64,000 bases of DNA from Candidatus Binatia bacterium (GCA_963666315.2 CAXXHG010000018.1:96001-160000); one strand, 5' to 3'; shown: positions 38,414 through 49,133, counted from the first letter of the stretch. A program made the numbers and translations. The notes: generated by a model from the sequence alone, not told the origin.

Positions 38414-39493
38414 ATGCAGTTTGGCGTTTGTGTTGCCACGAAAATCGATGACTGGCAAATGATCAAATATGCGGAAGAGCTGGGCTATGACAGGGCCTGG
38501 ATCCCCGACTCACAGATGATCTGGTCGGACTGTTACGCCACCTTAGCACTTGCCGCACAGAACACATCGCGCATTCGTATTGGGACTGGAGTTGCCATCC
38601 CTGGGACGAGAATCGCTCCAGTCACCGCTCACTCTATTGCTTCTATTAATCGCATAGCACCAGGTCGAGTCTTTTTAGGTATTGGCACCGGCCATACTGC
38701 CATGCGGGTCATGGGTATGCAGCCTATGCGCATTCGGGACTTCCGGGAGTATCTACGGGTGGTCAGGACGCTGCTGCAGGGGGAGGAGGTTGAATACACC
38801 CTTCATGACACAACTCGGACGATCCGCTTTCTTCATCAGGACTTAGAGTTCCTGAATTTGGACGATCCGATTCCGATTATTGTGGCCGCCAATGGTCCTC
38901 GAGCCCTGAAAACTACAGGTGAGTTTGGTGACGGATGGGTCGCAGGGATGAAACCAGGACCGGAAGTCTTCCGTAACGATTTGCGTCAGGTCCAAGCAGG
39001 GGCAGAACAGGTAGGCCGGACGTTACCCGGCAGTTTCCATACTGCGGCTCTTACGACGGCCATCGTGCTTCGACCCGGAGAGTCGCTGACCTCGGATCGG
39101 GTTATTGAGATGTGTGGTTCTCAGGTCGCAGCCATCATCCACTTTGTATACGAAATATATAAACAAACAGGCAGTGAGGAAGTCATCCCGGAAGGTTATC
39201 GAGGAATCTGGGATGAATACTGCGCCCACGTCGAGCAGATGGAGACGCCACAGGACAAACGCTACCTCCAGCTTCACAACGGCCACTGCACCTTTCTCGT
39301 GCCCGAAGAGCGCCGCTTTGTCACGCCTGAGGCCATCCAGGCTGCGTGTCTGGTTGGTGAACCAGAAGAAATCATCCATCAGATCCGGGCAGTCGAAAAG
39401 GCTGGCCTGAAGGAAATCACACTCTTACCACCCATGGCAGCAGCACGCGCGGTATTCAAGGACTTCTCCGAGCAGGTTATGCAGCGCTATTAG
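38414..39493 (+). CDS. LLM-class flavin/F420-dependent oxidoreductase
   Basis: 359 aa, long identical blocks with 24147..25226. Confidence 0.92.
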   Translation: MQFGVCVATKIDDWQMIKYAEELGYDRAWIPDSQMIWSDCYATLALAAQNTSRIRIGTGVAIPGTRIAPVTAHSIASINRIAPGRVFLGIGTGHTAMRVMGMQPMRIRDFREYLRVVRTLLQGEEVEYTLHDTTRTIRFLHQDLEFLNLDDPIPIIVAANGPRALKTTGEFGDGWVAGMKPGPEVFRNDLRQVQAGAEQVGRTLPGSFHTAALTTAIVLRPGESLTSDRVIEMCGSQVAAIIHFVYEIYKQTGSEEVIPEGYRGIWDEYCAHVEQMETPQDKRYLQLHNGHCTFLVPEERRFVTPEAIQAACLVGEPEEIIHQIRAVEKAGLKEITLLPPMAAARAVFKDFSEQVMQRY

Positions 39494-39517
39494 AGAACAG
39501 GACTCAGGAGCATACAC

Positions 39518-39904
39518 TTACCGCTTGATCTGGGTGGGCGTAGGTGTAAAGCCATCCAATACAAACACTCGATCCCGCTTGTACAGACGTCCTTCGAGGA
39601 CAATCGGGCGGCCTCGCATAGCCGGGCTTTGGATAGCGGTCAATAATTCCGGAGCACCGGCCAGGACAAAAGACTTTTGCATGGATTCCAGCACCCGCCA
39701 GGCCGGCTTGCCATTATCGCGGCGGTCTGTACTGCGAACATGCATCGTCCACGTCTGCTTGTTAATACGCATCCACAGCGTACGCGGATAATCGCCCGGT
39801 CCGTCCTCAGGACTTAAGAGTACGCCGGAAAGATGCATAGGCATGCCGTAAGAGATCCAGCAGCCTGATAGTACAAGAACAACGGCGAATACAACCCCTT
39901 TCAT
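39518..39904 (-). CDS. Hypothetical exported protein
   Basis: Signal-peptide-like N-terminus; GGGAGG RBS; fills the gap between genes. Confidence 0.6.
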   Translation of the reverse strand: MKGVVFAVVLVLSGCWISYGMPMHLSGVLLSPEDGPGDYPRTLWMRINKQTWTMHVRSTDRRDNGKPAWRVLESMQKSFVLAGAPELLTAIQSPAMRGRPIVLEGRLYKRDRVFVLDGFTPTPTQIKR

Positions 39905-39998
39905 TCATTCCTCCCTTTGAGGAGCCACTCTTTCTCGTGCATATGTCTCACTGACGAGGCGAGCAAGGGTTGCCCTGCTTCGCGGCGGTGAACCTGAT

Positions 39999-41228
39999 AT
40001 GAGTCTGTATATGAGAAGGGAGATCCGACTCGGTCCTGGCCTACTCGTCACGGCGGCCTTTATCGGCCCTGGTACGGTCACTACAGCCAGCGTAGCCGGG
40101 GCGCAGTTTGGCTTTGCCCTATTATGGGCGGTTGTTTTTTCTGTCATTGCCACTCTTGTTCTGCAAGAAATGGCGGCACGACTGGGCGTCATTGGACGCT
40201 GCGGGCTGGGAGAAGCATTGCGGACTGCGATTCAGCATCCAATCCTCCGCCCTGGCCTCGCGTTCCTCATCATAGTCGGTATTGGCTGCGGCAATGCCGC
40301 ATTTGAGATGGGCAATATCCTGGGTGCGGCAGTGGCCTTGGCCGACCTCTCTTCACTACCAGCTTCTTCGTGGGTACTTGTGATTGGCGGTCTTACTTTT
40401 TTCCTGCTCTGGTCCGGGGCCTATGCACCTCTAGAGCACATGCTGATCCTTTTGGTGGTCATCATGAGTAGCGTCTTCCTCCTCACAGCCAGCCTTGTCC
40501 AGCCGTCGCTGTCCGATATCCATTCCGGCTTCTTCACGCTGACGATGCCTCCCGGTTCATTCCTTACTGTCATGGCGCTCATCGGAACGACAGTCGTCCC
40601 GTACAATTTGTTTTTGCACGCCAGTGCGGTTCAGATAAAATGGCCGGTCACCGACCTCTCTCGGCAGACCCTACGAGCAGCGCGCACCGACAGCCTGGTC
40701 TCGATTAGTCTGGGCGGTTTACTGACTGTGGCGATTCTAACAACAGCGGCCTCGACATTTTTTATGCAGGGCATTCCGCTGAAGAACGCGGCGGCTATGG
40801 CCACACAGCTTGAACCCCTCGTCGGCACAAGCGCCCGCCTCCTCTTTGCCAGCGGTCTCTTTGCGGCGGGGTTGACCAGCGCGATCACTGCCCCCCTCGC
40901 TGCCGCGTATGCCACAGTCGGGATACTGGGTTGGTCGACAAGTCTGAAGAGCAGAAACTTTCGGCTCGTGTGGACGAGCATTGTTTTGATTGGCACGGGC
41001 TTGGCTTTTTTCGGCACTCGCCCGATTCACGCCATCTTACTCGCACAGGCAGCCAATGCATTTCTACTCCCACTCCTAACCGGCTGCCTCCTCTTTGTCA
41101 TGAACCAGAAATCCCTTCTTGGTTCATACACCAACGGAATTCTCGCGAATACGCTGGGCGGCAGTGTCTTTCTTATCGTCACCAGCTTAGGCATCTTTCA
41201 ATTGCTGAGAACGCTTGGGATAGTATAA
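39999..41228 (+). CDS. NRAMP-family divalent metal transporter-like protein
   Basis: GPGLLVTAAFIGPGT, QEMAARLG, GTTVVPYNLFLH. Confidence 0.9.
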   Translation: MSLYMRREIRLGPGLLVTAAFIGPGTVTTASVAGAQFGFALLWAVVFSVIATLVLQEMAARLGVIGRCGLGEALRTAIQHPILRPGLAFLIIVGIGCGNAAFEMGNILGAAVALADLSSLPASSWVLVIGGLTFFLLWSGAYAPLEHMLILLVVIMSSVFLLTASLVQPSLSDIHSGFFTLTMPPGSFLTVMALIGTTVVPYNLFLHASAVQIKWPVTDLSRQTLRAARTDSLVSISLGGLLTVAILTTAASTFFMQGIPLKNAAAMATQLEPLVGTSARLLFASGLFAAGLTSAITAPLAAAYATVGILGWSTSLKSRNFRLVWTSIVLIGTGLAFFGTRPIHAILLAQAANAFLLPLLTGCLLFVMNQKSLLGSYTNGILANTLGGSVFLIVTSLGIFQLLRTLGIV

Positions 41229-41271
41229 GGCTGAAACACAGACGCATGAGGCTAGAGGAAAAGGAGCTGCT

Positions 41272-42237
41272 ATGAAAATCGACGTGCATACCCACTTCAT
41301 GTCAGAGCAGATGGCCCGCCACCTAGAGAAGCGCAGTCACTTTCCGTACACAAAATTCGTTGACGGCACCTACCACTTTCATTGCTGTCAGGGACTCACC
41401 GTCCCCATGGTCCCGCCCTTATACGACATGCAGGCAAAGCTGGCAGACATGGATGAAGCCGGCATTGATGTCGGGATTCTGAGCCTTGCCGTACCCGGCC
41501 CGGAGCTGCTGGGCGGAGCGCAGGCAGATGAGATGGCTCGAATCACGAACGATCTGCTGGCCGAGCTGATTGCCGGCCATCCAGACCGTTTCTGGGGCTA
41601 TGCGACCTTGGGATTCGGCGATATCGAGGCCTCACTCAAAGAGCTCGACCGCTGCATATCAACGCTGAAATTTCGCGGCTTGCAATTATATTCGAATATC
41701 AATGGGAAACCCTTAGATGCCCCGGAGTTTCGGCCGATTTTTGCACGCATCGCCGAACTTAAACGCCCGATTTTTATTCATCCGACCGTTCCATTGAATC
41801 AAAACTATTTGACCGACCTCGTGCCTGTACCCGTCCTCGCCTTTATGGTCGATAACACCTTGGCAGCCATGCGTCTGGCCTTGTCCGGCATACTGTCCGA
41901 ATACGCCGCCGCACCGATCATTATTCCGCACGCAGGGGCCACGGTGCCGTATCTCATGGGACGGCTGGATAGCATGCTGGAATACTTCGGCGGAGCGGAA
42001 GCAATACAAGAGCCAAGCCGGTTCCTCAAAAAGCTGTATATGGATACCGTGGTCTACCAGCCGGAGCCGCTCCAGTGGTGTTTGTCTCTCATGAGCGCAG
42101 ATCAACTCGTGCTCGGGACCGATCACCCCTATGGCGCGTGGCGTCGGCCTATCCAGTTGCTGGAGGAGGTTGCCTGCTCAGATAGCGAACGACAGCAAAT
42201 CCAGCACGGCAATGCCGAGCGTTTGTTTCAGCCCTAA
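41272..42237 (+). CDS. Amidohydrolase_2 / ACMSD-like decarboxylase or hydratase
   Basis: IDVHTH, IFIHP, IPHAGA, GTDHP. Confidence 0.9.
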   Translation: MKIDVHTHFMSEQMARHLEKRSHFPYTKFVDGTYHFHCCQGLTVPMVPPLYDMQAKLADMDEAGIDVGILSLAVPGPELLGGAQADEMARITNDLLAELIAGHPDRFWGYATLGFGDIEASLKELDRCISTLKFRGLQLYSNINGKPLDAPEFRPIFARIAELKRPIFIHPTVPLNQNYLTDLVPVPVLAFMVDNTLAAMRLALSGILSEYAAAPIIIPHAGATVPYLMGRLDSMLEYFGGAEAIQEPSRFLKKLYMDTVVYQPEPLQWCLSLMSADQLVLGTDHPYGAWRRPIQLLEEVACSDSERQQIQHGNAERLFQP

Positions 42238-42261
42238 ACAGCACGTCTGACGGAGGTCAGC

Positions 42262-42840
42262 ATGAGTCATCTCTTTGCCTATCTTTCTCGGATGAAATTC
42301 ATCCGGCGGTGGGGTCTGATGCGCAGTACGTATCCGGAAAATATCCAGGAACACAGCCTCCAAGTCGCCATGGTTGCACATGCCCTCGCCCTGATTCGCA
42401 ATCGTCTGTTTAGCGGCACTGTCAACCCCGAACGCACAGCTGCCCTGGCGCTGTATCACGACGTCAGTGAGGTCCTGACCGGTGATTTGCCCACCCCGGT
42501 CAAATATTTCAATCCTAAGATTAAGACCGCCTATCAGGATCTTGAAGAGACAGCGCTACACAAGCTGTTCAGCATGCTGCCGGATCAGCTGAAAGCCGAC
42601 TATCAGCCTTTCTTTAGTCTCGACCAAGCCGACGCCAGCCACCATGAGCTGGTGAAAGCCGCAGATAAACTGTGTGCCTATATCAAATGTCTGGAAGAAA
42701 TAAGCACGGGTAATCAAGAATTCTCACAAGCAGAGCAGACGCTACGGAATACGGTCGAAGGCATTGATCTGCCGGAAGTGCGTTACTTCCTGGAGACGTT
42801 TATCCCAAGTTTCCGCCTCACCCTCGACGAGTTAGGGTAA
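42262..42840 (+). CDS. yfbR: HD-domain 5'-deoxynucleotidase
   Basis: SRMKFIRRWGLMR, EHSLQVA, YHDVSEVLTGDLPTPVKY, KAADKLCAYIKCLEE. Confidence 0.93.
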   Translation: MSHLFAYLSRMKFIRRWGLMRSTYPENIQEHSLQVAMVAHALALIRNRLFSGTVNPERTAALALYHDVSEVLTGDLPTPVKYFNPKIKTAYQDLEETALHKLFSMLPDQLKADYQPFFSLDQADASHHELVKAADKLCAYIKCLEEISTGNQEFSQAEQTLRNTVEGIDLPEVRYFLETFIPSFRLTLDELG

Positions 42841-42963
42841 ACGGATAGGAAAAAAAGAAAACGGCAACAACGATACCGCAGGCAGGCATTCTGCCTGAAC
42901 CCAACCAACATGCTCTGTTTTTGGTCGTCCGGGTCAAAGACCTTTCTCCTGTGGCAAAAGCGG

Positions 42964-43548
42964 CTAGCCGCTAGCAGCCTGAGCCAAAGCACGCTGTTCT
43001 TCAAGATCAAAGAAGAGCTCTTTCCCTGGGTTTTTCATTTCAGGACTCTCGCCCAATCTCACTATGCGGGCAACGATCTTGCCAGGTGCGATGTCGAGCA
43101 AGCCAATAGTCCCGAGGCGCGTAGACCACAAATGCGGATGGGTCGGGCTGCCGGAGTTAATCTGGAGGACACCGTCTCGATAGTCGAGGCGCTCAAAATG
43201 GGTATGCCCGGTGATGATAATGTCCGCGTGTTCTCCCCCTAGATACATCTCTTCGAGTATCGCAATCGGACGCTCCTCAGGCTCCATATCGTGAATCATG
43301 GCAATCCGCCAACCTTCCAGCTTGAGCCACTGTATGTCATCCAGACGCACGTCTTCCCATCCACCGTCATTGTTGCCGCGAGCCGCCAAGGTCGGCGCAA
43401 TCTTTTCAAGCCAGTCCAGCACTCGTGATGAAACAATATCCCCACCGTGCAGAATGAGGTCTACGCCCTCAAAGGCAATCCTCACTTCCTCCCAGAGGTC
43501 ACGAATTGTGCTGGGTAGGTGTGTGTCAGTCAGCAGGCCAATGCGCAT
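42964..43548 (-). CDS. YfcE-like metallophosphoesterase
   Basis: DTH, HGGD, RGNND, GHTH, NSGS. Confidence 0.9.
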   Translation of the reverse strand: MRIGLLTDTHLPSTIRDLWEEVRIAFEGVDLILHGGDIVSSRVLDWLEKIAPTLAARGNNDGGWEDVRLDDIQWLKLEGWRIAMIHDMEPEERPIAILEEMYLGGEHADIIITGHTHFERLDYRDGVLQINSGSPTHPHLWSTRLGTIGLLDIAPGKIVARIVRLGESPEMKNPGKELFFDLEEQRALAQAASG

Positions 43549-43608
43549 AGGTTTTTCCTCTCAAGTAGCAGCCCGCATCGGCTAATTTTCTGATAAAGTT
43601 TCCCCTCT

Positions 43609-43818
43609 TCACCGCACGTCCACCGAAATATCTTTCGTCTGCACCCCTGAATACTGAGGCGAAATTTCATCTTCGATCATCATTTTCTAGGCATCTCGGA
43701 TATTCTCTTCGAACTCTTCGAGACTCTCCCCTTGTCTGAAAATTCCTGGAACTTCTTTCAGTCTTCCGACATGCCATCCATCGTCTATCCAATATTCAAG
43801 TGAGAATTGGCGTTCGAT
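43609..43818 (-). pseudogene. HicB-like antitoxin pseudogene followed by a HicA N-terminal stub
   Basis: Manual translation: (I)ERQFSLEYWIDDGWHVGRLKEVPGIFRQGESLEEFEENIRDA*KMM; ATC at the start position, TAG at 43687-43689; overlapping GTG 43612 gives MKRGNFIRKLADAGCYLR. Confidence 0.8.
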
Positions 43819-44005
43819 GAAAATTCCCTCTTTCCTGTGTGGATTGATAACCTCCAGACCTTATGGACGGATACTTTCTTTGTCCGAGTTTGCACGGTTT
43901 CACCCTAACCTTGTCTCACTATGAGAACAAGAGAAAGCTACCGCGTTGACACGGCACAGCAGCCAGCATAGGCAAAAGCTCGACCCAACGAGCTGAGGAT
44001 CCATC

Positions 44006-44431
44006 ATGCCTCTATCCGCGCACGGAAAACCGGAATCCTTCCTCGCCAGCCTCCAAAACCTCCGACGTCAGAGTGACCAATATAGTCGATTCTTGCGCGG
44101 GCTGTTTCTGCATAAGCATTCGCTGCTGACCAACCATTTCGCCCAGCTCTTCGCAGTGAATCAAATCACCCAACAGCTCATCGGAGCGCTGTATATCGTT
44201 GAAACGTGCAAAGCAGCTGGCAATGCGGAACGGGCGCTTTTTCATGCCCTCATGGACGGTCTGTTTGACGAAGCTTTTGATGCCATTCAGATTGTGAAAC
44301 AGGCGTTTCTCGACGCTGGGCTTGAGCAGAGAAACGAACAGCTCACCGCCGGGCTTACAGGAACTCTCCTTGAGATCAGACGTACTTATCAAGAGACGAG
44401 AGACAAACCTGTTTCAGCAGAGGTCTCATGA
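44006..44431 (+). CDS. Hypothetical alpha-helical protein
   Basis: 141-aa ORF with GAGG upstream in an otherwise empty gap; no recognisable motif. Confidence 0.5.
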   Translation: MPLSAHGKPESFLASLQNLRRQSDQYSRFLRGLFLHKHSLLTNHFAQLFAVNQITQQLIGALYIVETCKAAGNAERALFHALMDGLFDEAFDAIQIVKQAFLDAGLEQRNEQLTAGLTGTLLEIRRTYQETRDKPVSAEVS

Positions 44432-44586
44432 GTAAGCGAAACTTTTTCTGAGCAACTCGCGTTCTCTCCCTCTCCCAAGAAAGACCCAAACAAGGAGACA
44501 CCCTCTCCTTCAGGGTTCTCAGGGAGAGGGAACCAATGGGGGAACCCGCCCCAGCGCTTCGCGCGCGCCTCCAAGGGAGGAACCTT

Positions 44587-47040
44587 TTATTTTTTTTGTC
44601 CGACCATCCAGTAGACTGCTTCGACAATATTCTCAGTTGCAATTCCGTAGCGGCGATATAAATCATCCTGAGCCCCAGACTGTCCAAACTCGGTCACGCC
44701 AAGACAGGTCGTGTGTGTCGATAACGCTCCACCGATGAAGGATAAGGTATGAGGGTGGGCGTCGTGTACTGTGACAACCGGAGCGCTTCTCTCAGCAACC
44801 GGCACTAGTTCTTCGATCCAGCTTGTCTGCACTTCTCCGTGCATACGTTCTTGTTGTGTCGTCATATGATTGTGAAACAATACATCAGCGCTGGTGACGT
44901 TGAATATATTGGCAAAGATGCCGGACTGCTTGAGCTGTTGGGCAGCTTTGACCGCTTCTGGAACCATCGCGCCTGAGACAAAGATATGCACTACATTCTC
45001 GCCGGGCGTATACCTTGCTTCAGTCTGACAATCAATCAGTCGGTAGCCCCCTCGAAGCACCTGCTGGCGAAGGCTGTCTTCACTCTGTGTCGCAAGCACG
45101 GCATTAAACAACGCTTGATCTATGGGCTTGGTGGATAAGCGCAGATACGCACTCTTGCCATGCTGCCGGTCTTGGAGTTCTGCCAGAGCCGCAAGTAAAA
45201 TCCACTCGAGTTCAAGCGCAAAAGCCGGTTCATAATACGTGACCCCTGGCAATTGGACGCCGATACCCGGAGTAATGAGTGATTGATGCGCTCCCCCTTC
45301 CGGACTCAGGCTGATTCCCGACGGGGTCCCAATGACAATAAATTTCGCCTGCGAATACGTTGCGTAAATAAAGGCATCCAGCGCTCGGCACACAAACGGA
45401 TCGTAGACCGTGCCAATCGGGAGGAGAGTTTGACCATACAGCTCGTCGGTCAAGCCAAAGGCGGTCAGGGCTAAGAAGAGGTTGTTCTCGGAAATGCCGA
45501 GTTCAATATGTCTGCCAGTTGGATCTTCGCGCCAGTCGATAAGAAGGGAGATACCGGACTCCCCAAAGAAATTCTTCTTCTGGCGGCGGGAGTACACGCC
45601 GACTTTGTGAATCCAACCACCCAGATTAGTAGACATGGCAACATCAGGAGAAATCGTTACCAAGTAGGGCGCAATCTCGGGCTGACGGCTGAGCGCGAGA
45701 AAGATGCGGCCCAAGATGGACTGGGTAGACAGAACACCCTTGTATGTCCCCCCCAATCCGGCAGGAATCTCAATTGAAGGCAGTGCAGACGACTGAGGCC
45801 GGCCCACCCGCCAGTCTCCCTCCTCTAGCCGTTCGTTGATATAGCGGGCCTCTTCGCTCTCTGCAGGAAAAGCGGCGAACTCTTCGCCTTCAGGCACCCC
45901 AAGACGTTGGCGTACATCTTCGATCTCCTTCGGCTTGAGCAACCGAGCGTGATTGGCCGGATGCCCGGCCAGGGGGAGATTCCACCCTTTGATGGTGTAG
46001 GCAAAAATGACCACAGGCTGGGTTTCAATGGCAAACGCTTGGACGAACGCTTCGAGCACGCGTTCAAGGTCGTGTCCACCGAGATTGGCAAGCAACTCTT
46101 TGACTGTGTCTGGCTCGTAGCCGGCCAGGAGCTCGGCCATGGCCTCATCTCTTTTTCCCCCACGCTGAATCAAGCGGTCTCGAATAACCGACCCGTCTTG
46201 GAGCAGCAGGCTCTGGTATTCCTCATTGCTCATCTCATCGATCTGGGCCTGGAGCTTGAGTCCATACGGTTTACGGAAGATGGTTTCAAGCTTTTTCCCG
46301 TATTTAAGATCGATAATATGCCAGCCATTGGCCCGGAACATTTCTCGAAGTTGCTGGGCACGGCCATCCGGCACGACACGGTCCAAACTTTGACGATTGA
46401 GGTCAACAATCCACAACAAGCGCGCCAGGCGCTGCGTGTAGGCTTCGCCCAGGGCCTCCCAAATATTTCCCTCATCCAGCTCGGCATCGCCGACAAGCGC
46501 AATATGCCAACTCGACGCCAAAGCGTCCGACTTCTCGTTCTTCTTGTTCTCGATCTGTTCAGCATGATCCAGAAGATAATCCCGCACCAAGGCAGCAAAG
46601 AGTGGGGCGACCGCCCCTAATCCCACCGATCCGGTCGAGAAATCGACCTCGTCAGGGTCTTTGGTCCGCGACGGATAGGCCTGGAGGCCTCCGTATTGAC
46701 GAAACGCTTTAAGCTTTTCTTGGGGCAAGACGCCGCGCAGGAATTGAATGGCGTGGAAAACCGGCGAAGCATGGGGTTTGATCGAAACGCGATCACCGCA
46801 ACGCAGGAAATAGAAATACAGGACCGTCAGGAGAGTCACGACCGAGGCGGAACTCGCCTCATGCCCGCCGACTTTCATCCCGTCTGGATTGGGGCGGACA
46901 AAGTTCGCGTAATGCACCATATAGGTCGACAGCCACAGGACCCGTTTCTGGATGCGATCGAGCATTTCCAGGTCGTACAGATCCCACTGCTGCTCAGAGG
47001 TTTCCGCTCCACTGTCTGTCGATACGTGAGACTCGCTCAT
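44587..47040 (-). CDS. Transketolase-fold ThDP enzyme, AceE (pyruvate dehydrogenase E1)-like
   Basis: KVGGHEASSAS, FSTGSVGLG, GDAELDEG...N ThDP motif, ELGISE, EGGAHQS, FGQSG. Confidence 0.88.
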   Translation of the reverse strand: MSESHVSTDSGAETSEQQWDLYDLEMLDRIQKRVLWLSTYMVHYANFVRPNPDGMKVGGHEASSASVVTLLTVLYFYFLRCGDRVSIKPHASPVFHAIQFLRGVLPQEKLKAFRQYGGLQAYPSRTKDPDEVDFSTGSVGLGAVAPLFAALVRDYLLDHAEQIENKKNEKSDALASSWHIALVGDAELDEGNIWEALGEAYTQRLARLLWIVDLNRQSLDRVVPDGRAQQLREMFRANGWHIIDLKYGKKLETIFRKPYGLKLQAQIDEMSNEEYQSLLLQDGSVIRDRLIQRGGKRDEAMAELLAGYEPDTVKELLANLGGHDLERVLEAFVQAFAIETQPVVIFAYTIKGWNLPLAGHPANHARLLKPKEIEDVRQRLGVPEGEEFAAFPAESEEARYINERLEEGDWRVGRPQSSALPSIEIPAGLGGTYKGVLSTQSILGRIFLALSRQPEIAPYLVTISPDVAMSTNLGGWIHKVGVYSRRQKKNFFGESGISLLIDWREDPTGRHIELGISENNLFLALTAFGLTDELYGQTLLPIGTVYDPFVCRALDAFIYATYSQAKFIVIGTPSGISLSPEGGAHQSLITPGIGVQLPGVTYYEPAFALELEWILLAALAELQDRQHGKSAYLRLSTKPIDQALFNAVLATQSEDSLRQQVLRGGYRLIDCQTEARYTPGENVVHIFVSGAMVPEAVKAAQQLKQSGIFANIFNVTSADVLFHNHMTTQQERMHGEVQTSWIEELVPVAERSAPVVTVHDAHPHTLSFIGGALSTHTTCLGVTEFGQSGAQDDLYRRYGIATENIVEAVYWMVGQKK

Positions 47041-47111
47041 AGGTCGCCCTTCTCTCTGGCAAAGAGATCATTCATGAGCAATGGCTGAACACGGATACGA
47101 ACGGGCTCGCT

Positions 47112-48242
47112 TCAGATGCCGAAGAACTTAGCGGCGTTCTCACCCAAAATTTTATTGACAGATGACTCTGGCAGACGGCTCAGCGATGTACGCGTTTTCT
47201 TCACCGGCTCGGTAAACCCTTCGGCATGCGGATAATCCGAACCGACAAAAAATTTACTATCCCCAACCAATTCTACCATATATGGCAGGGTACGTTCGGT
47301 CGGGTCGGCAGAGATCCAGATATTCCGCTCAAAGTACTCACTTGCCGGGCGTTTCATTTGGGTCGTGTGGCCCATATAGCTGAACCGGTAATCAAGCCGA
47401 TCAAGCCACTCGGCGACCCAGCCGCTAGCAGATTCTATCGTTGCCACACGCAGGCGCGGGAAACGCTCGAAGACACCGTCGTAGACCATAGTCGTGAGTG
47501 CCATGCGCGGGTCCTGAATCACATTCATGCTCAGGAACATAAAACCCGGATCACGGTCACAATACCATTCGTTACCGATATATTTTTTGTGGACAACCAG
47601 ATGGAGGCCAACGGCAATGTCCAAATCTTGCGCCGTCGCCCAGATAGGATCAAAGTCCACATGGCCAAAGCTCTTGCCCGCTATCGGAAGGGCGCCAACA
47701 AAGACACCGCGCAGCCCGTCTTTGGCAAGTTGCTTGACTTCCTCGACAGCGGCGGCAGGATGACGCAACGAAATATGTCCGAGTGGATACAGCCGATCCG
47801 AGTGTCCCTGACACATCTCCACCGCCCAACGGTTATAGGCACGACAATGGGCCGCAGCCAGTTCCGGGTCTTCGACCAGATCCTCCCAGAACAGGCCGAG
47901 AGTGGGATAAATGAATTGGCTCTCGATACCCTCGCTATCAAGAAATTGGAGTCGTGTGTCCATATCCCCAAGCGAATGACTGAAAGCTGCAGCCGGATCA
48001 AAGGACTTCAGGCCCTGGCCGGCTTCTTTTTGTCCATAACCCACGGCAACACCAAGGAGTTCTTCTATACTGAGATCGCCCGAATGGTCGATCTTGAAAT
48101 CTTCAACCACAATTGCGTAGCGGTCATTTTTAGGGTCTTGTTCAAACCGCAAGCAGCGAGAACGATATTTCGGGTCGATATACTGCTCCCACAAATCAAG
48201 CGGTTCCATGAAATGACTGTCAGCATCAATAATGCGCGTCAT
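47112..48242 (-). CDS. Amidohydrolase_2 family protein
   Basis: IIDADSH, YPTLG, GVFERFPRL, GSDYPH. Confidence 0.92.
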   Translation of the reverse strand: MTRIIDADSHFMEPLDLWEQYIDPKYRSRCLRFEQDPKNDRYAIVVEDFKIDHSGDLSIEELLGVAVGYGQKEAGQGLKSFDPAAAFSHSLGDMDTRLQFLDSEGIESQFIYPTLGLFWEDLVEDPELAAAHCRAYNRWAVEMCQGHSDRLYPLGHISLRHPAAAVEEVKQLAKDGLRGVFVGALPIAGKSFGHVDFDPIWATAQDLDIAVGLHLVVHKKYIGNEWYCDRDPGFMFLSMNVIQDPRMALTTMVYDGVFERFPRLRVATIESASGWVAEWLDRLDYRFSYMGHTTQMKRPASEYFERNIWISADPTERTLPYMVELVGDSKFFVGSDYPHAEGFTEPVKKTRTSLSRLPESSVNKILGENAAKFFGI

Positions 48243-48254
48243 AGTGCCTCTACT

Positions 48255-49133
48255 CTAAACGTTCCCGACTTCTCTCATCGTCGCGACAAACTGCTTTACC
48301 TGCCCAAAGAGTTCGTCGGGCTGGTCCGTAGTCGTCAGCATATATAACCCTTGTACTCCTGCTGCTTGATACGCTTGCGCTTCTGCGACAGAGACATGCG
48401 CGCCCACAAGCGTTGTAATCTCCAACTGAGTAGCATCGCGCCCGGCCTCTTCCATCAGAGACTGCAGTGTCTCACATTTGTTTTGGATAGCATCCGGAGA
48501 CAGAAAGACTGGCTGCCAGCCGTCTCCCCAACGCGCCACGCGGCGTAGCGCGGGCAGAGTATTGCCACCAATCCAAATCGGAGGATGCGGTTTTTGAACG
48601 GGCTGAGGTCCAAAATTTACATCGCGATCAATCGTTCCGTACGCTGTGCTCAGACGTGGATGCTCATCCGTCCACAGCGTTTTCATCACATTGAGACAGT
48701 CTTCGCTCAACGCGGCGCGATCGGCGAATGGGACACCCAGAAACTCGAATTCGTCCTTCAGCCAGCCTATCCCTACCCCGCAGATAATACGTCCGCCAGA
48801 CAAACGATCCAGCGTCGTGAGCATCTTGGTCACCGCCACCGGATGGCGATACGGTAGGATAATCACGCTCACTCCCAATCGCACTCGGGTCGTAATTGCA
48901 GCCAGAAATGCCAGGGTTGTGAAACAGTCCGGCCAATCATGCTCCTGGTATACATGCCAGGGCGGATTATCCATTTTCAGTGGGAACGGGGTCCGAATTT
49001 TTCGTGCCGGCAGGACATGGTCACCAATTAAGATAGCCTCACAGCCCAGTTCTTCCACTAATTGAGCCATCTCCCGCAACACCGCAGGATCAGTCACCGC
49101 CGCCCCGCTATTCACGTGTATTCCGTATTGCAT
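48255..49133 (-). CDS. LLM-class F420-dependent oxidoreductase
   Basis: IGDH, TLDRLSGGR, GIGWLKDEF, PVQKPHPPIWIGG. Confidence 0.92.
   Translation of the reverse strand: MQYGIHVNSGAAVTDPAVLREMAQLVEELGCEAILIGDHVLPARKIRTPFPLKMDNPPWHVYQEHDWPDCFTTLAFLAAITTRVRLGVSVIILPYRHPVAVTKMLTTLDRLSGGRIICGVGIGWLKDEFEFLGVPFADRAALSEDCLNVMKTLWTDEHPRLSTAYGTIDRDVNFGPQPVQKPHPPIWIGGNTLPALRRVARWGDGWQPVFLSPDAIQNKCETLQSLMEEAGRDATQLEITTLVGAHVSVAEAQAYQAAGVQGLYMLTTTDQPDELFGQVKQFVATMREVGNV

Noticed and set aside
44012-44392. 126-aa minus-strand ORF
   Set aside because: Fully overlaps the plus-strand 141-aa ORF, which has the better start context; neither is proven.
44587-47040. Assignment as aceE of a pyruvate dehydrogenase complex
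   Set aside because: No E2/E3 genes adjacent and the sequence belongs to the shorter transketolase-like group; substrate uncertain.
47226-48347. 373-aa plus-strand ORF
   Set aside because: Antisense shadow of a well-supported amidohydrolase; no motifs of its own.
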